A stretch of DNA of 53,925 nt from contig JAQUVY010000002.1 of the NCBI GenBank assembly GCA_028693155.1, forward strand, positions 1 through 53,925, in the 5' to 3' direction. This stretch comes from Eubacteriales bacterium. GTDB lineage: Bacteria; Bacillota; Clostridia; Christensenellales; UMGS416. The notes under the pieces are model-generated. The model worked only from the letters and a program-made list of their open reading frames with translations. It was not told where the DNA came from and ran no database searches. Position 1 is the stretch's first letter; each line of letters starts with the position of its first letter. The translations under genes and the position numbers were made by a program. Positions 31,182 to 41,442 of the stretch are shown one piece after another.

Positions 31182-31209
31182 CTAAGGGGTTGTTATAAAA
31201 TACTATGCG
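31182..31209 (+). promoter_or_regulatory. promoter of the tRNA-Gly/tuf unit
   Basis: TTGACA, 16 nt (containing TG), TATAAA. Confidence 0.55.
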
Positions 31210-31223
31210 GCTACCCTCGATGT

Positions 31224-31297
31224 GCGGGTGTAGCTCAATGGTAGAGCTCCAGCTTCCCAAGCTGGCTACGTGGGTTCGATTCCCATCACCCGCTCCA
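31224..31297 (+). tRNA. tRNA-Gly (anticodon CCC), CCA encoded
   Basis: Acceptor GCGGGTG/CACCCGC, D arm TAGCTCAATGGTAGAGC, anticodon stem CCAGC/GCTGG with loop TTCCCAA, T arm GTGGGTTCGATTCCCAT. Confidence 0.9.
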
Positions 31298-31367
31298 TTG
31301 AAAATAATTTGGTAAACGCCCGGCAGCGTGTATTTGCCGGTAGTTGACAAAGGAGGAAATACCACAA

Positions 31368-32579
<1,212 letters not shown>

Positions 32580-32590
32580 TAAAACTTAAT

Positions 32591-32630
32591 CACAACGGGA
32601 GGAGATGCCTTCTCCCGTTGTGGTGTGTTT
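32591..32630 (+). terminator. intrinsic terminator after tuf
   Basis: CACAACGGGAG-loop-CTCCCGTTGTG + GTGTGTTT. Confidence 0.75.
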
Positions 32631-32720
32631 AAAATCGGTTATGAGGTTCGCAAAGCGGGAGTCGGCAGCGGCTTCCGCTTTGTTTATTGTCAGGTAATTT
32701 CTATTTTCCCGTGTGATCTG

Positions 32721-32749
32721 TTGACATAGCGGGAAAAACATGATAAATT
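32721..32749 (+). promoter_or_regulatory. putative promoter of rpmG-secE-nusG
   Basis: TTGACA, 17 nt, TAAATT. Confidence 0.5.
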
Positions 32750-32856
32750 AAACAATGTGCCTTTGGCATGGTCTGCACTTCTTTATCCATAAGAGGTTCA
32801 GCGGTTTGTTTTCACGCAAGTCAGAGGTTTGATTCCTTATGGGAGGTGTTACGTAA

Positions 32857-33006
32857 ATGCGGGTACGAATCACGTTGGCGTGCACGGAGTGCAAGCAGCG
32901 CAATTATGATACGATGAAAAATCGTAAAAACGATCCGGATCGTTTGGAACTGAGCAAGTACTGCCGGTTCTGCAAAAAGCATACCACGCACCGCGAGACC
33001 CGGTAA
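32857..33006 (+). CDS. rpmG: 50S ribosomal protein L33
   Basis: Not in the ORF track because it is only 49 aa. My own translation gives [49 protein letters not shown], behind GGGAGGTG. Confidence 0.9.
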   Translation: MRVRITLACTECKQRNYDTMKNRKNDPDRLELSKYCRFCKKHTTHRETR

Positions 33007-33027
33007 TCACAAAGCGAGGTTTGAGCA

Positions 33028-33306
33028 ATGGGCAACGATAAGAAGGTCGCGGCTACGGCCGCCGCCAAGCCTGAGAAGCAGAAGAAAAAGAAGAAGGGAC
33101 CCAATAAGTTCATCGGCTTTTTCAAGAAGATCGGGCAATATTTCCGCGAAGTGGTCGGCGAGCTGAAAAAGGTAACCTGGCCCAGCCGTAAGGATTTCCT
33201 TACTTATTCCCTGGCTGTGTTCGTGTTTGTCGTCATTATGATGGTAATCGTATTCGCGATGGACACGGGCCTGACGACGCTGCTCAACAAGCTGCTGGGC
33301 GCTTAA
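33028..33306 (+). CDS. secE: preprotein translocase subunit SecE
   Basis: Lys-rich N-terminus, ELKKVTWPSRKD motif, single C-terminal TM. Synteny. Confidence 0.9.
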   Translation: MGNDKKVAATAAAKPEKQKKKKKGPNKFIGFFKKIGQYFREVVGELKKVTWPSRKDFLTYSLAVFVFVVIMMVIVFAMDTGLTTLLNKLLGA

Positions 33307-33329
33307 GGGCTGTAAGGAGTTATCAAAAC

Positions 33330-33860
33330 ATGGCTGAAAACGAAACCGCTAAGTGGTATGTGGTGCATACCTACTCGGGCTACGAGAACAAAGTCAAGGC
33401 CAATATGGAAAAAACCATCGAGAACCGCGGTATGGAAGCCCTGATCCCCGAGATCAAGGTGCCCATGCAGGAGATTGTGAAGGTTGACAGCCGCACCAAC
33501 AAGCCTGTCACCAAGCAGGAAAAGCTGTATCCCGGTTATGTGATGGTCAAAATGGTCATGACGGACGAGACCTGGTACATCGTGCGCAATACGCGCGGCG
33601 TCACCGGCTTTGTCGGCCCGGGCTCCAAGCCCGAACCGCTTTCCGATGAGGAAGTGGTGATGATGGGCGTGGAGCGCATCGCGCTAAAAGTAGATCTGGA
33701 GCCGGGAGACAATGTCAAAATTCTCTCCGGTGCGCTGGAGAACTTTGTCGGCACGGTGGAAGAGGTGTATCCCGACCGGCAAAAGGTCAAGCTGAATGTT
33801 TCCATGTTTGGCCGCGAGACGCCGGTAGAACTGGATTTCATCGAGGTCAGAAAGACCTGA
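33330..33860 (+). CDS. nusG: transcription termination/antitermination factor NusG
   Basis: KWYVVHTYSGYENKV NGN domain and C-terminal KOW (GDNVKILSGALENFVGTVEEV). Confidence 0.95.
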   Translation: MAENETAKWYVVHTYSGYENKVKANMEKTIENRGMEALIPEIKVPMQEIVKVDSRTNKPVTKQEKLYPGYVMVKMVMTDETWYIVRNTRGVTGFVGPGSKPEPLSDEEVVMMGVERIALKVDLEPGDNVKILSGALENFVGTVEEVYPDRQKVKLNVSMFGRETPVELDFIEVRKT

Positions 33861-33917
33861 TCCCGGTTGAAACAAAATATTTTCTATTTTTATTAAGCAT
33901 CAAGGAGGTGCAGCACA

Positions 33918-34343
33918 ATGGCCAAGAAAATTACGGCTTTGGTAAAGCTGCAGGTTCCCGCTGGCAAAGCTACCCCCGCGCCGCCTATCGGTCCGGCTCT
34001 GGGTCAGCACGGCGTGAATATAATGGGTTTCTGCAAGGAATTTAATGCCCGGACGGCCGATCAGGCCGGTCTGATCATCCCCGTTGTATTGAGCGTCTAT
34101 CAGGATCGTTCCTTTACCTTTATCACCAAGACCCCTCCGGCCGCTGTCCTGATCAAAAAGGAAATCGGTTTGGAAAAGGGCTCGGGGCGTCCCAACACCG
34201 AAAAGGTCGCCAAGATTAAGACGGAACAGGTTCGTAAGATCGCGGAGCTCAAAATGCCCGATCTGAATGCCGCCAGCGTAGAAGCTGCCATGTCCATGAT
34301 CGCCGGAACCGCGCGCAGCATGGGCGTCACCGTGGAAGACTAA
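33918..34343 (+). CDS. rplK: 50S ribosomal protein L11
   Basis: [27 protein letters not shown]. Confidence 0.97.
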   Translation: MAKKITALVKLQVPAGKATPAPPIGPALGQHGVNIMGFCKEFNARTADQAGLIIPVVLSVYQDRSFTFITKTPPAAVLIKKEIGLEKGSGRPNTEKVAKIKTEQVRKIAELKMPDLNAASVEAAMSMIAGTARSMGVTVED

Positions 34344-34403
34344 GCGTTTTTCGCAAGGACTATGTGGGAGGGCTCGCTGCCCGCTATACCACAAGGAGGA
34401 ATC

Positions 34404-35096
34404 ATGTTTCGAGGCAAGAAGTACAAAACTGCCGTCGCGCTGATCGATTCCACCCGCACCTATGCCCCTGAAGAGGCCATGGAGCTGGTGACAAAGACCG
34501 CCACGGCGAAGTTTGATGAGACCATCGAGCTGTCCATCCGCTTGGGCGTTGACCCCCGTCACGCCGATCAGCAGGTGCGCGGCACGGTTGTTCTCCCTCA
34601 TGGTACCGGCAAGACGGTGCGCGTGTTGGTCATCACCAAGGGTGACGAGAACCGCGCGGCTGCCGCGGCTGTCGGCGCCGATTATGTGGGCGAAGAGGAT
34701 CTGCTGCAGAAGATCGAAAAGGAAAACTGGTTCGACTTCGACGTCATGATCACCACGCCCGATATGATGCGTTTTATCGGCCGTCTGGGTCGTGTTTTGG
34801 GCCCCAAGGGCCTGATGCCTAACCCGAAGTCCGGCACCGTGACCACCGATGTGGGCAAGGCTGTGCAGGATGTTAAGGCCGGCAAGGTCGAGTACCGTAT
34901 CGACAAGACCAGCATTGCGCACGTACCCATCGGCAAGGCGTCCTTTGGCACCGAAAAGCTGACGGAGAACCTGAATGTGCTGATGGCCGCTGTTGTGCGC
35001 GCCAAGCCCGCTTCTGCAAAGGGTACCTACCTGCGCAGTGTGGTGGCTTCTTCCACCATGGGCCCCGGCATCAAGCTGAACCCCAACGCATTCTAA
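34404..35096 (+). CDS. rplA: 50S ribosomal protein L1
   Basis: ATG at 34404 behind [41 protein letters not shown]. Confidence 0.95.
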   Translation: MFRGKKYKTAVALIDSTRTYAPEEAMELVTKTATAKFDETIELSIRLGVDPRHADQQVRGTVVLPHGTGKTVRVLVITKGDENRAAAAAVGADYVGEEDLLQKIEKENWFDFDVMITTPDMMRFIGRLGRVLGPKGLMPNPKSGTVTTDVGKAVQDVKAGKVEYRIDKTSIAHVPIGKASFGTEKLTENLNVLMAAVVRAKPASAKGTYLRSVVASSTMGPGIKLNPNAF

Positions 35097-35099
35097 GTG

Positions 35100-35273
35100 T
35101 TGACAACTCTGTCGCTTATCGCTTATAATCGGTAAGCAATCATATAGCCTGAGCCGCAGACAGCAGGGACCCATCGGGTTCAAACATCCTGCCGAGGTAA
35201 ATGGTTTTGCCGTTTGGTAAACCGACCCCGTGTGCCTGTGCGCGCGGGGTTGTTTGTATAAGGAGGTGAAACA
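35100..35273 (+). promoter_or_regulatory. rplJL promoter plus L10-leader-type attenuator
   Basis: TTGACA, 18 nt, TATAAT (35100-35129). A structured ~140-nt leader ends in CCCCGTG...CGCGGGG + TTGTTTG (35226-35258), immediately before the rplJ RBS. Confidence 0.6.
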
Positions 35274-35798
35274 ATGTCAAAAGTTACGCAAACCAAGGCG
35301 GAAGTCATTGAGGAGATCAAGGAAAAGCTGGCTGCTTCTCAGGGCACGGTGCTGATCAATTATACGGGCATCAACGTGCAGGAAGTGACCGATATGCGCG
35401 CGAAGTTCCGCGCCGCCGGCGTGGAGTACAAGGTGTACAAGAATACGCTGATTCACCGCGCTGCCAACGAACTGGGTATCGAAGGCCTGGCAGATTATTT
35501 GCATGGCAGCACTGCCGTCGCATTCTGCAAGGATGATCCGATCACCGCTCCTAAGGCTGTGCTTTCTTACATCGAGAAGGCAAAGAAGATGGAGGTCAAG
35601 TGCGGTCTGCTGGGCACCGAAGTGCTGGACGCCAAGGCTGTGGAGGATCTCTCCAAGCTGCCGGCCAAGGAAGTGGTCGTGGCGCAGTTGCTGGGCGTCA
35701 TGAACGGGCCCATCCGCAATTTCGTCAGCGTACTCAATGGTCCTGCTCGTTCTTTGGTCTATGCTTTGCAGGCCATCGCAGACCAGAAGGGTGCATAA
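35274..35798 (+). CDS. rplJ: 50S ribosomal protein L10
   Basis: Synteny and a typical L10 sequence (YTGINVQEVTDMRAKFRAAGVEYKVYKNTL). Confidence 0.95.
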   Translation: MSKVTQTKAEVIEEIKEKLAASQGTVLINYTGINVQEVTDMRAKFRAAGVEYKVYKNTLIHRAANELGIEGLADYLHGSTAVAFCKDDPITAPKAVLSYIEKAKKMEVKCGLLGTEVLDAKAVEDLSKLPAKEVVVAQLLGVMNGPIRNFVSVLNGPARSLVYALQAIADQKGA

Positions 35799-35853
35799 GT
35801 TTTCCATTTAATCTTTTGAACTTTTATTCTGAAAATTTACGGAGGTATTATTC

Positions 35854-36228
35854 ATGAACCGCGAACAAATCATCGAAGCCATCAAGGCGATGAACGTACT
35901 GGAGCTGTCTGAACTGGTGAAGGATCTGGAAGAGATCTTTGGCGTGAGCGCTGCTGCCCCCATGGCCGTGGCCGCTGCCGCCGCCCCCGCTGCCGCTGCT
36001 GAAGCTGTGGAAGAGCAGACCGAGTTTGACGCCGTGCTGGCCGAAGTCGGTGCCGAGAAGATCAAGGTCATCAAGGTCGTGCGTGAGCTGACCGGTCTGG
36101 GTCTGAAGGAAGCCAAGGATCTGGTGGACGGCGCGCCCTCCAAGATCAAGGAAGCTGTCTCCAAGGAAGCTGCTCAGGAAATCAAGACCAAGCTGGAAGA
36201 AGTCGGCGCCAAGGTCGAAATCAAGTAA
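35854..36228 (+). CDS. rplL: 50S ribosomal protein L7/L12
   Basis: Ala-rich hinge, then [20 protein letters not shown]. Confidence 0.97.
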   Translation: MNREQIIEAIKAMNVLELSELVKDLEEIFGVSAAAPMAVAAAAAPAAAAEAVEEQTEFDAVLAEVGAEKIKVIKVVRELTGLGLKEAKDLVDGAPSKIKEAVSKEAAQEIKTKLEEVGAKVEIK

Positions 36229-36246
36229 TTTACGCATTTGCGCAAG

Positions 36247-36282
36247 GAAGAAGCCCGGAAATATCCGGGCTTCTTTTTTTCT
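36247..36282 (+). terminator. strong intrinsic terminator after rplL
   Basis: AAGAAGCCCGG-AAATAT-CCGGGCTTCTT + TTTTT. Confidence 0.8.
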
Positions 36283-36437
36283 TGCAGCAGAAATTTCCTA
36301 AAAAAGCAATATTTTACAAACACCGCAAGAAAGTGCAAATCCCTGCAAGATTGCATATTTCCTGTGCGCAATAACATCTTATAATAAGAGAGAACAAGCG
36401 TGTTCCACACGCTAAAATAGCAACGGAGGAATAAAAC

Positions 36438-37469
36438 ATGTGGAAGAATGATTATGCACTCTTTCGCCGTGCGCTGCGCGGGGAGCGGGTCTCCCGGCCG
36501 GTTCTCTTTGACTTTCTGATGTGCGATCAGATGCAGGAAGAATTTGCGGGCAAGCCGGCGGATGATTCCATTGTGGCCAGGATCAACCGCGGCACCCGGG
36601 CTTATCAACTGGCGGGCTATGATTATTGCATGGTTTCCGGGCTGGAGTTCGGCTTTAAGACCAACAACGCCCACCACGACGGCGCCCAGAGCAGCGCCAT
36701 GAACGAGACGCAGATCGTGACCGACTGGGACGACCTCAAGGCGTACGAATGGCCCAAGGTGCATCCCGATACGCTGAAGTGGCTGGAGGAGGCCGGCAAG
36801 GAGCTGCCTGAAGGCATGAAGTTTATCGTAGTCGGCCCCAACGGCGTGCTGGAAAACACGACGGGCATTTTGGGCTTTGACAACTTCTGCATGAAGCTGT
36901 ACGAGGATCCCGAACTGGTTAAGACCGTGGTGGATCATGTGGGGCAATGCCTGTGCGATTATTACTCGGTCGTTTTGCAAAGCCCTTATGTGGGCGGCAT
37001 CACCTCAAACGACGACTGGGGACATAAAACGCAGACCTTTATTTCGCCCAAGCAGATGCGGCAGTACATTTTCCCCTGGCACCGCAAGATTGTGGAGCTG
37101 GCTCATTCCCACGATAAGGATGTCATTCTGCACTCCTGCGGCTATATGCAGGAGGTGGCGGACGACATTGCGGAGATCGGTTTTGACGGCAAGCATTCCT
37201 ATGAGGACGTAATCATCCCCGTGGAAGAGGCGTGGAAGCGCTGGCATGAAAAATTCTGCATCGTGGGCGGCCTGGACATGGACTTTGTCTGCCGCAAAAC
37301 GCCGCAGCAGGTGTATGACCGCGCCCGTGCCATCCTGGAGATGACCCGCGAAGAAGGGCACTATATGCTGGGAACGGGCAACAGCCTGCCGGACTATGTA
37401 CCCCGGCCGCAGTATAACGCCATGCGTCAGGCGGCCTTTGACCTAGCGGAAGAGTGGAAAGCCGAATAG
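36438..37469 (+). CDS. uroporphyrinogen decarboxylase (URO-D) family protein
   Basis: 343 aa with URO-D-like C-terminal half (ILHSCGYMQEV...GLDMDF...MLGTGNSLPDYVP). ATG behind ACGGAGG. Confidence 0.8.
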   Translation: MWKNDYALFRRALRGERVSRPVLFDFLMCDQMQEEFAGKPADDSIVARINRGTRAYQLAGYDYCMVSGLEFGFKTNNAHHDGAQSSAMNETQIVTDWDDLKAYEWPKVHPDTLKWLEEAGKELPEGMKFIVVGPNGVLENTTGILGFDNFCMKLYEDPELVKTVVDHVGQCLCDYYSVVLQSPYVGGITSNDDWGHKTQTFISPKQMRQYIFPWHRKIVELAHSHDKDVILHSCGYMQEVADDIAEIGFDGKHSYEDVIIPVEEAWKRWHEKFCIVGGLDMDFVCRKTPQQVYDRARAILEMTREEGHYMLGTGNSLPDYVPRPQYNAMRQAAFDLAEEWKAE

Positions 37470-37492
37470 TCTGATTTTTTAAGGCAAAAATG

Positions 37493-37540
37493 AACCCCGC
37501 GAAAGAGCGCTGTGCTCCGTTCGCGGGGTTTCTTTTTCTC
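37493..37540. terminator. bidirectional terminator
   Basis: GAACCCCGCGAA-loop-TTCGCGGGGTT with T-runs on both strands. It lies between convergent genes. Confidence 0.7.
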
Positions 37541-37549
37541 TGGATCGGG

Positions 37550-37978
37550 TCAACCGTAGATCGCGCCGTCGGGAGAGGGGCGGGTGGCCACCCAATCGTT
37601 CAGACCCTGTATGCCTAAGGCGGCACACTGCGCCAAATATTCGCTTTCCTGCGCATAGGGGCCGTAAAGCTGCCCCTCCTGCGTGTCCAACAGATAATAG
37701 CGCGGCGCGCTGGTGTCCAGCGCATCGGATGTCTCGGGCGGGGTCACCTGCTGCGCGCCCACATATCGCTCGTCTGCGCAAAACGCGCAGACATAGGCGC
37801 CGATTCGCTCCTCCAGCCCGCTGTCGTCTTGGGAATAACCGATGACGATACTGCAGCCGTTGACGCGCCACATTTCGTAGCCATTGGGCAGCACATAGCG
37901 CCAATCGCTTGCTCCGGGGCCGATGGCGCAGGCGCTCAGCAGCGCCAGGCAAAGCAGCAGAGGCAATATTTTACGCAT
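37550..37978 (-). CDS. hypothetical lipoprotein
   Basis: Signal peptide with lipobox (LLSACA). 142 aa. No family recognised. Confidence 0.65.
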   Translation of the reverse strand: MRKILPLLLCLALLSACAIGPGASDWRYVLPNGYEMWRVNGCSIVIGYSQDDSGLEERIGAYVCAFCADERYVGAQQVTPPETSDALDTSAPRYYLLDTQEGQLYGPYAQESEYLAQCAALGIQGLNDWVATRPSPDGAIYG

Positions 37979-37991
37979 GAAGACGCTCCTT

Positions 37992-38954
37992 TCAATATTC
38001 CCACTGGGGATCGACCAAATTGGGCAGCGGCTGCCCGGCCAGGTAAGCGCGCAGGTTGTGCGCGAACAGATTCAGCTTGCGCTGCTCGCTCAGCGCGGAG
38101 GAATTGGAGCAGTGCGGGGTGATCAGCACATTGGGCAGCTGCCACAGCGGGTGATCGCGGGGCAGCGGCTCCGGGTCGGTGACATCCAGCCCCGCGCCGC
38201 CCACCTGCCCGCAGCGCAGCGCGCGCAGCAGCGCTTCGGTGTCGATGATGTGGCCGCGGCCGATGTTGGTAAGGATGACGCCCGGTTTCATCAGGGAGAT
38301 GCGCCGCGCGTCCAAAAGCCCTCTGGTGTGCGCCGTGCCGGGCAGACAGACGCAAAGGTAGTCGCACTGGGGCAAAAGGGCGGCCAGCCCGTCGTCGCCG
38401 CTGTAGAGCCGCGCAAAGGGCGCAAACGCCTCGCAGGGGCGGCGCTTGTATCCCAGCGCTGTGGCGCCCAGCGCCGCTACCATCTGCGCCAGGTGAGTGC
38501 CGATATCGCCGGTTCCTAAAATGCCCACGGTGGAGCCGCGCAGCTCGCGGGCCAGCCCCGGATGCTGCCATTGCCCGTGCTCCATTTGCCGGGCGCAAAT
38601 ATCCAGATGCCGCGAAAGCGCCATCAGCAGCGCCAAAGAGTGCTCGGCAATGGGAATGCCGTATACGCCGGCGCTGTTGGTCAGAGGGATCCCCTCGGGG
38701 TGGGACACCGCCAATGCGTCAAAAAGGCCGTCCACCCCTGCGGAAAAGGTGTGGACCCATTTGGCGCTGTGCGCGGCGCGGATCATCTCGGCGTTGCCCT
38801 GGCAGGCCAACACCTCGCAGCCCCTCACAAGCGAAGCGTCAAACGCCCCGCGCTGCGCCTGAAGAACAAAGCGCCAGCCGGGGAACTCCCGGCGCAGACC
38901 CTGTAGATCGGCATCGGTCACGGGCAGAGAAATGACGGCAGTGCGTGGTTCCAT
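37992..38954 (-). CDS. D-isomer-specific 2-hydroxyacid dehydrogenase (NAD-binding)
   Basis: VGILGTGDIGTHLA Rossmann motif, NIGRGHIID, and PNVLITPH catalytic His region. ATG at 38954 behind GGAGG. Confidence 0.9.
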   Translation of the reverse strand: MEPRTAVISLPVTDADLQGLRREFPGWRFVLQAQRGAFDASLVRGCEVLACQGNAEMIRAAHSAKWVHTFSAGVDGLFDALAVSHPEGIPLTNSAGVYGIPIAEHSLALLMALSRHLDICARQMEHGQWQHPGLARELRGSTVGILGTGDIGTHLAQMVAALGATALGYKRRPCEAFAPFARLYSGDDGLAALLPQCDYLCVCLPGTAHTRGLLDARRISLMKPGVILTNIGRGHIIDTEALLRALRCGQVGGAGLDVTDPEPLPRDHPLWQLPNVLITPHCSNSSALSEQRKLNLFAHNLRAYLAGQPLPNLVDPQWEY

Positions 38955-38962
38955 ACGACCTC

Positions 38963-39745
38963 CTAAAGCTTGTGAAACTGCGGTTTGCATTGGGAAAAAG
39001 TGGTGATGTAGGCAAAGCCCGCCGCCCGCGCGCGCTCCAGCGCACCGGCGATCTCATAGCCCACGAAAGACGCTTGGTGCGCGTCCGAGCCCACCGTGAG
39101 CAGCTCGCCTCCCAGCTGGCGATACCGACGCAGCACATCGGTTTCGGGCAGCGTGCCGGCGTGGTTTTTCAATCCGGAAGTATTGATCTCCAGTGCCAGT
39201 CCCTTTTGCACGGCGGTTTTCAGGATGTCATCCAGCAAATCGCTGTAATCGGCATAACGCAGGAGCGGGTGCTCATAGGGCGCAAACTTGGAAATATAGG
39301 TGATGTGCCCCAGCGTGCAGGGAATGTCCACGGCTTTGGCCATGTCATCCACAGCCTGCAAATACTCCAGGTAAGTGCCGTGCTGCTCGCGCCCCTCATA
39401 AAATTTCGGGTAATAAGGGTCCTTTCCCTGCAAATAATGAACGGACACCAGCGCGAAATCCAACCCGAGCTTTTCGGGCAGCAGCCGGGTGCTTGCCCAG
39501 CATTCGGGGTGATAATCCAGCTCCAGCCCCCGGGCAATGGTAAGCGACGGATAGGCGGCGCGGCACAGGTCGATCTGCTCCAGATAGCCGGCGGTGTCGC
39601 GCAGATGAAAGGCCTCCAGCAGCTCATCCATATGGTCGGTCATGGCGATGTATTTCAGGCCGGCAGCTTCGGCTGCGGCGCAAACCTGCGGCATGGGTTC
39701 GTGCGAGTCGCAGGACCAGCTGCTGTGCAAATGATAATCGAACAT
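38963..39745 (-). CDS. PHP-domain histidinol-phosphatase family protein (HisJ/HisK-like)
   Basis: MFDYHLHSSWSCDS...MTDHMD...SVHYL...GSDAH metal-ligand pattern. Confidence 0.85.
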   Translation of the reverse strand: MFDYHLHSSWSCDSHEPMPQVCAAAEAAGLKYIAMTDHMDELLEAFHLRDTAGYLEQIDLCRAAYPSLTIARGLELDYHPECWASTRLLPEKLGLDFALVSVHYLQGKDPYYPKFYEGREQHGTYLEYLQAVDDMAKAVDIPCTLGHITYISKFAPYEHPLLRYADYSDLLDDILKTAVQKGLALEINTSGLKNHAGTLPETDVLRRYRQLGGELLTVGSDAHQASFVGYEIAGALERARAAGFAYITTFSQCKPQFHKL

Positions 39746-39752
39746 AAAAAAA

Positions 39753-39785
39753 CCTCCCTGGCAGGAATACCGCTCCTGTCAGGGA
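39753..39785 (-). terminator. hairpin after the Pro-rich gene, overlapping the RBS of the PHP phosphatase gene
   Basis: Minus strand: CTCCCTGACAGG-loop-CCTGCCAGGGAG + GTTTTTTT, followed directly by ATG. Confidence 0.45.
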
Positions 39786-39809
39786 GATTATAGCGTGTTC
39801 TCAAAATGA

Positions 39810-40271
39810 TTACAACGTTTCGCCGCTGTTGCCGCTCTCGGGTTTGGGCGTGGGGATCAACGGCTGGCCGGGCGCCTCCGCCTGGGGCAAAATGCTGCTT
39901 CCGGCAGGCACGTCGGCGTGCGGTGCAGCGGCGGGCGGCTGCGCGCGGCTGCGGGCCCGATCCGCCATGGCTTGGTGGCATTTCAGCGCCGAGCGCAGCA
40001 CGCCGGAGGGTGCGGGCGGCGGAGGAGCCGGCCGAGGCGCGGGCGGCGGGGGTTCGGGCGGAGGCACAATGGGCGTGGCCGGGGCCTGCGGCTCGGGAAT
40101 GGGGCGAGAGGGCTGAGCGGGCGCCCGGGGGATGCGGATGCTTTGCTGCGGCGGGGGCGCAGCCGGGGGCGGCGCGAATGCGGTCTGCGGGGCGGGGGCC
40201 GCCGGTGGTTTGGGCGGGGCGGGGCGGTTTTGCCCGGCATCCCGCGATAGGGAAAGCATGCCTTTTTTCAT
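39810..40271 (-). CDS. proline/alanine-rich low-complexity protein (hypothetical)
   Basis: ATG at 40271 behind a strong AAGGAGGA RBS. 153 aa, dominated by P/A repeats (PAPPKPPAAPAPQ...PPPEPPPPAPRPAPPPPAP). No TM segment or signal peptide seen. Confidence 0.5.
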   Translation of the reverse strand: MKKGMLSLSRDAGQNRPAPPKPPAAPAPQTAFAPPPAAPPPQQSIRIPRAPAQPSRPIPEPQAPATPIVPPPEPPPPAPRPAPPPPAPSGVLRSALKCHQAMADRARSRAQPPAAAPHADVPAGSSILPQAEAPGQPLIPTPKPESGNSGETL

Positions 40272-40370
40272 GAAACAGGATCCTCCTTTTTTCCAATGCG
40301 TCCTGTTGCTAAGATATGCAAAGGCGGGGAGGGTTATTGCAAAAGCGAATGTTTTTTTGCGGGGATACCA

Positions 40371-40377
40371 TGTCGAA
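40371..40377 (+). promoter_or_regulatory. candidate Spo0A box upstream of spo0A
   Basis: Exact TGTCGAA. Near-matches in the opposite orientation (ATCGACA, ACGACAT) lie at about 40543-40562. Confidence 0.35.
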
Positions 40378-40602
40378 GCGCGGCGAACCAGCAGGAAAGT
40401 TTGCGATAAAACCATGCAATCCGCATCATATGTGAGAAAACCAAAGAATAAATAAGATATTGCTGGATCACGCCCCAAGGAGAGAATTTGCAAATGAATT
40501 TACAGATCATATAATTAATATTGTTGGACATTGGACAGTATCGACAGAAAACGACATGTATCGCCATAGAAATACGCCCGCGAGCAATGATGGAGGAGCT
40601 GT

Positions 40603-41298
40603 ATGAGAGAAGCAACGCGAGTTCTGGTTGTAGAGGACAACGCGCAGATGCGCAGCCTCATCAAGGATTGCCTGGAATTGTCCGGGGACATCCAAGTTGT
40701 GGGAATGGCTTCCAACGGCAGAGAGGCGCTGGATATGGTGCGCCGCTTGACGCCGGATATCATGATCCTGGATCTCATTATGCCCGATCTGGACGGAATG
40801 GGCGTTTTGGAGCGGCTGGACGGCTTGGGCGTAAAGCGTCCGCAGGTCATGGTGCTTTCCGCGATGGGGCATGAAAACGTTGTGCAGGATGCCATTCGGC
40901 TGGGGGCGCAGTATTACATGGTGAAACCCTTTGAGGCAGACGCGCTGTGCCGGCGGGTCAAGGAAATGTGCGCCGAACGCGTCAAGCCCGTAACGACCCC
41001 GTTGCCGGTTGCCGCAGCTCCCGTACCGGCGGTACAGTCTCTGGATGAAGAGATCACCAGCATTTTCCTGACCATTGGCATTCCCGCGCACATCAAAGGA
41101 TACCATTTCCTGCGCGAGACCGTAAAAATGGTCATCGAGGATAGCGAGCTCATCAACAGTATTACCAAAGAGCTCTACCCCGGCGTGGCAAAGCGCTTTA
41201 ACACCACGGCAAGCAAGGTGGAGCGAGCCATCCGGCACGCCATCGAGGTGGCGTGGAACCGCGGGCGCATCGACCATATCAACGATATTTTCGGGTAA
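40603..41298 (+). CDS. spo0A: sporulation master regulator Spo0A, C-terminally truncated by an in-frame TAA
   Basis: Receiver domain (VLVVEDN...[11 protein letters not shown]). Spo0A-specific effector region ([37 protein letters not shown]). The ORF ends at TAA 41296-41298. Confidence 0.9.
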   Translation: MREATRVLVVEDNAQMRSLIKDCLELSGDIQVVGMASNGREALDMVRRLTPDIMILDLIMPDLDGMGVLERLDGLGVKRPQVMVLSAMGHENVVQDAIRLGAQYYMVKPFEADALCRRVKEMCAERVKPVTTPLPVAAAPVPAVQSLDEEITSIFLTIGIPAHIKGYHFLRETVKMVIEDSELINSITKELYPGVAKRFNTTASKVERAIRHAIEVAWNRGRIDHINDIFG

Positions 41299-41385
41299 CA
41301 TGTGTTTACCAAGCAGGACAAACCCACAAACGGAGAATTTATCGCGCTGGTGGCGGATAAACTGTCGCTGGAGCGCAGCGCATAG
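41299..41385 (+). other. spo0A: in-frame continuation encoding the conserved Spo0A C-terminus, beyond the premature stop
   Basis: The same frame translates to HVFTKQDKPTNGEFIALVADKLSLERSA*, which matches the canonical Spo0A tail (...KPTNSEFIAMVADKL...). Confidence 0.75.
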
Positions 41386-41402
41386 CGCGCAGAATGATAT
41401 GC

Positions 41403-41442
41403 ACAAGCTGACGCTTGCCCCAACGGGCAAGCGTCAGCTTGT
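41403..41442 (+). repeat. 18-bp-stem hairpin after spo0A. Its core is duplicated at 41700
   Basis: ACAAGCTGACGCTTGCCC-CAAC-GGGCAAGCGTCAGCTTGT. No T-tail. Confidence 0.7.

Noticed and set aside
39806-40273. Plus-strand ORFs (155 aa, 110 aa, 95 aa) through the extremely GC-rich Pro-rich segment.
   Set aside because: They have no RBS and their translations are Arg/Gly/Ala-rich, typical of the wrong frame. The minus-strand frame has the only strong RBS and terminator.
40470-40500. A sigma-H promoter for spo0A (AAGGAGAG ... GAATTT).
   Set aside because: The spacing between the AGGA element and the GAAT element is about 8 nt rather than the expected 11-12 nt, so it is not reportable as a feature.
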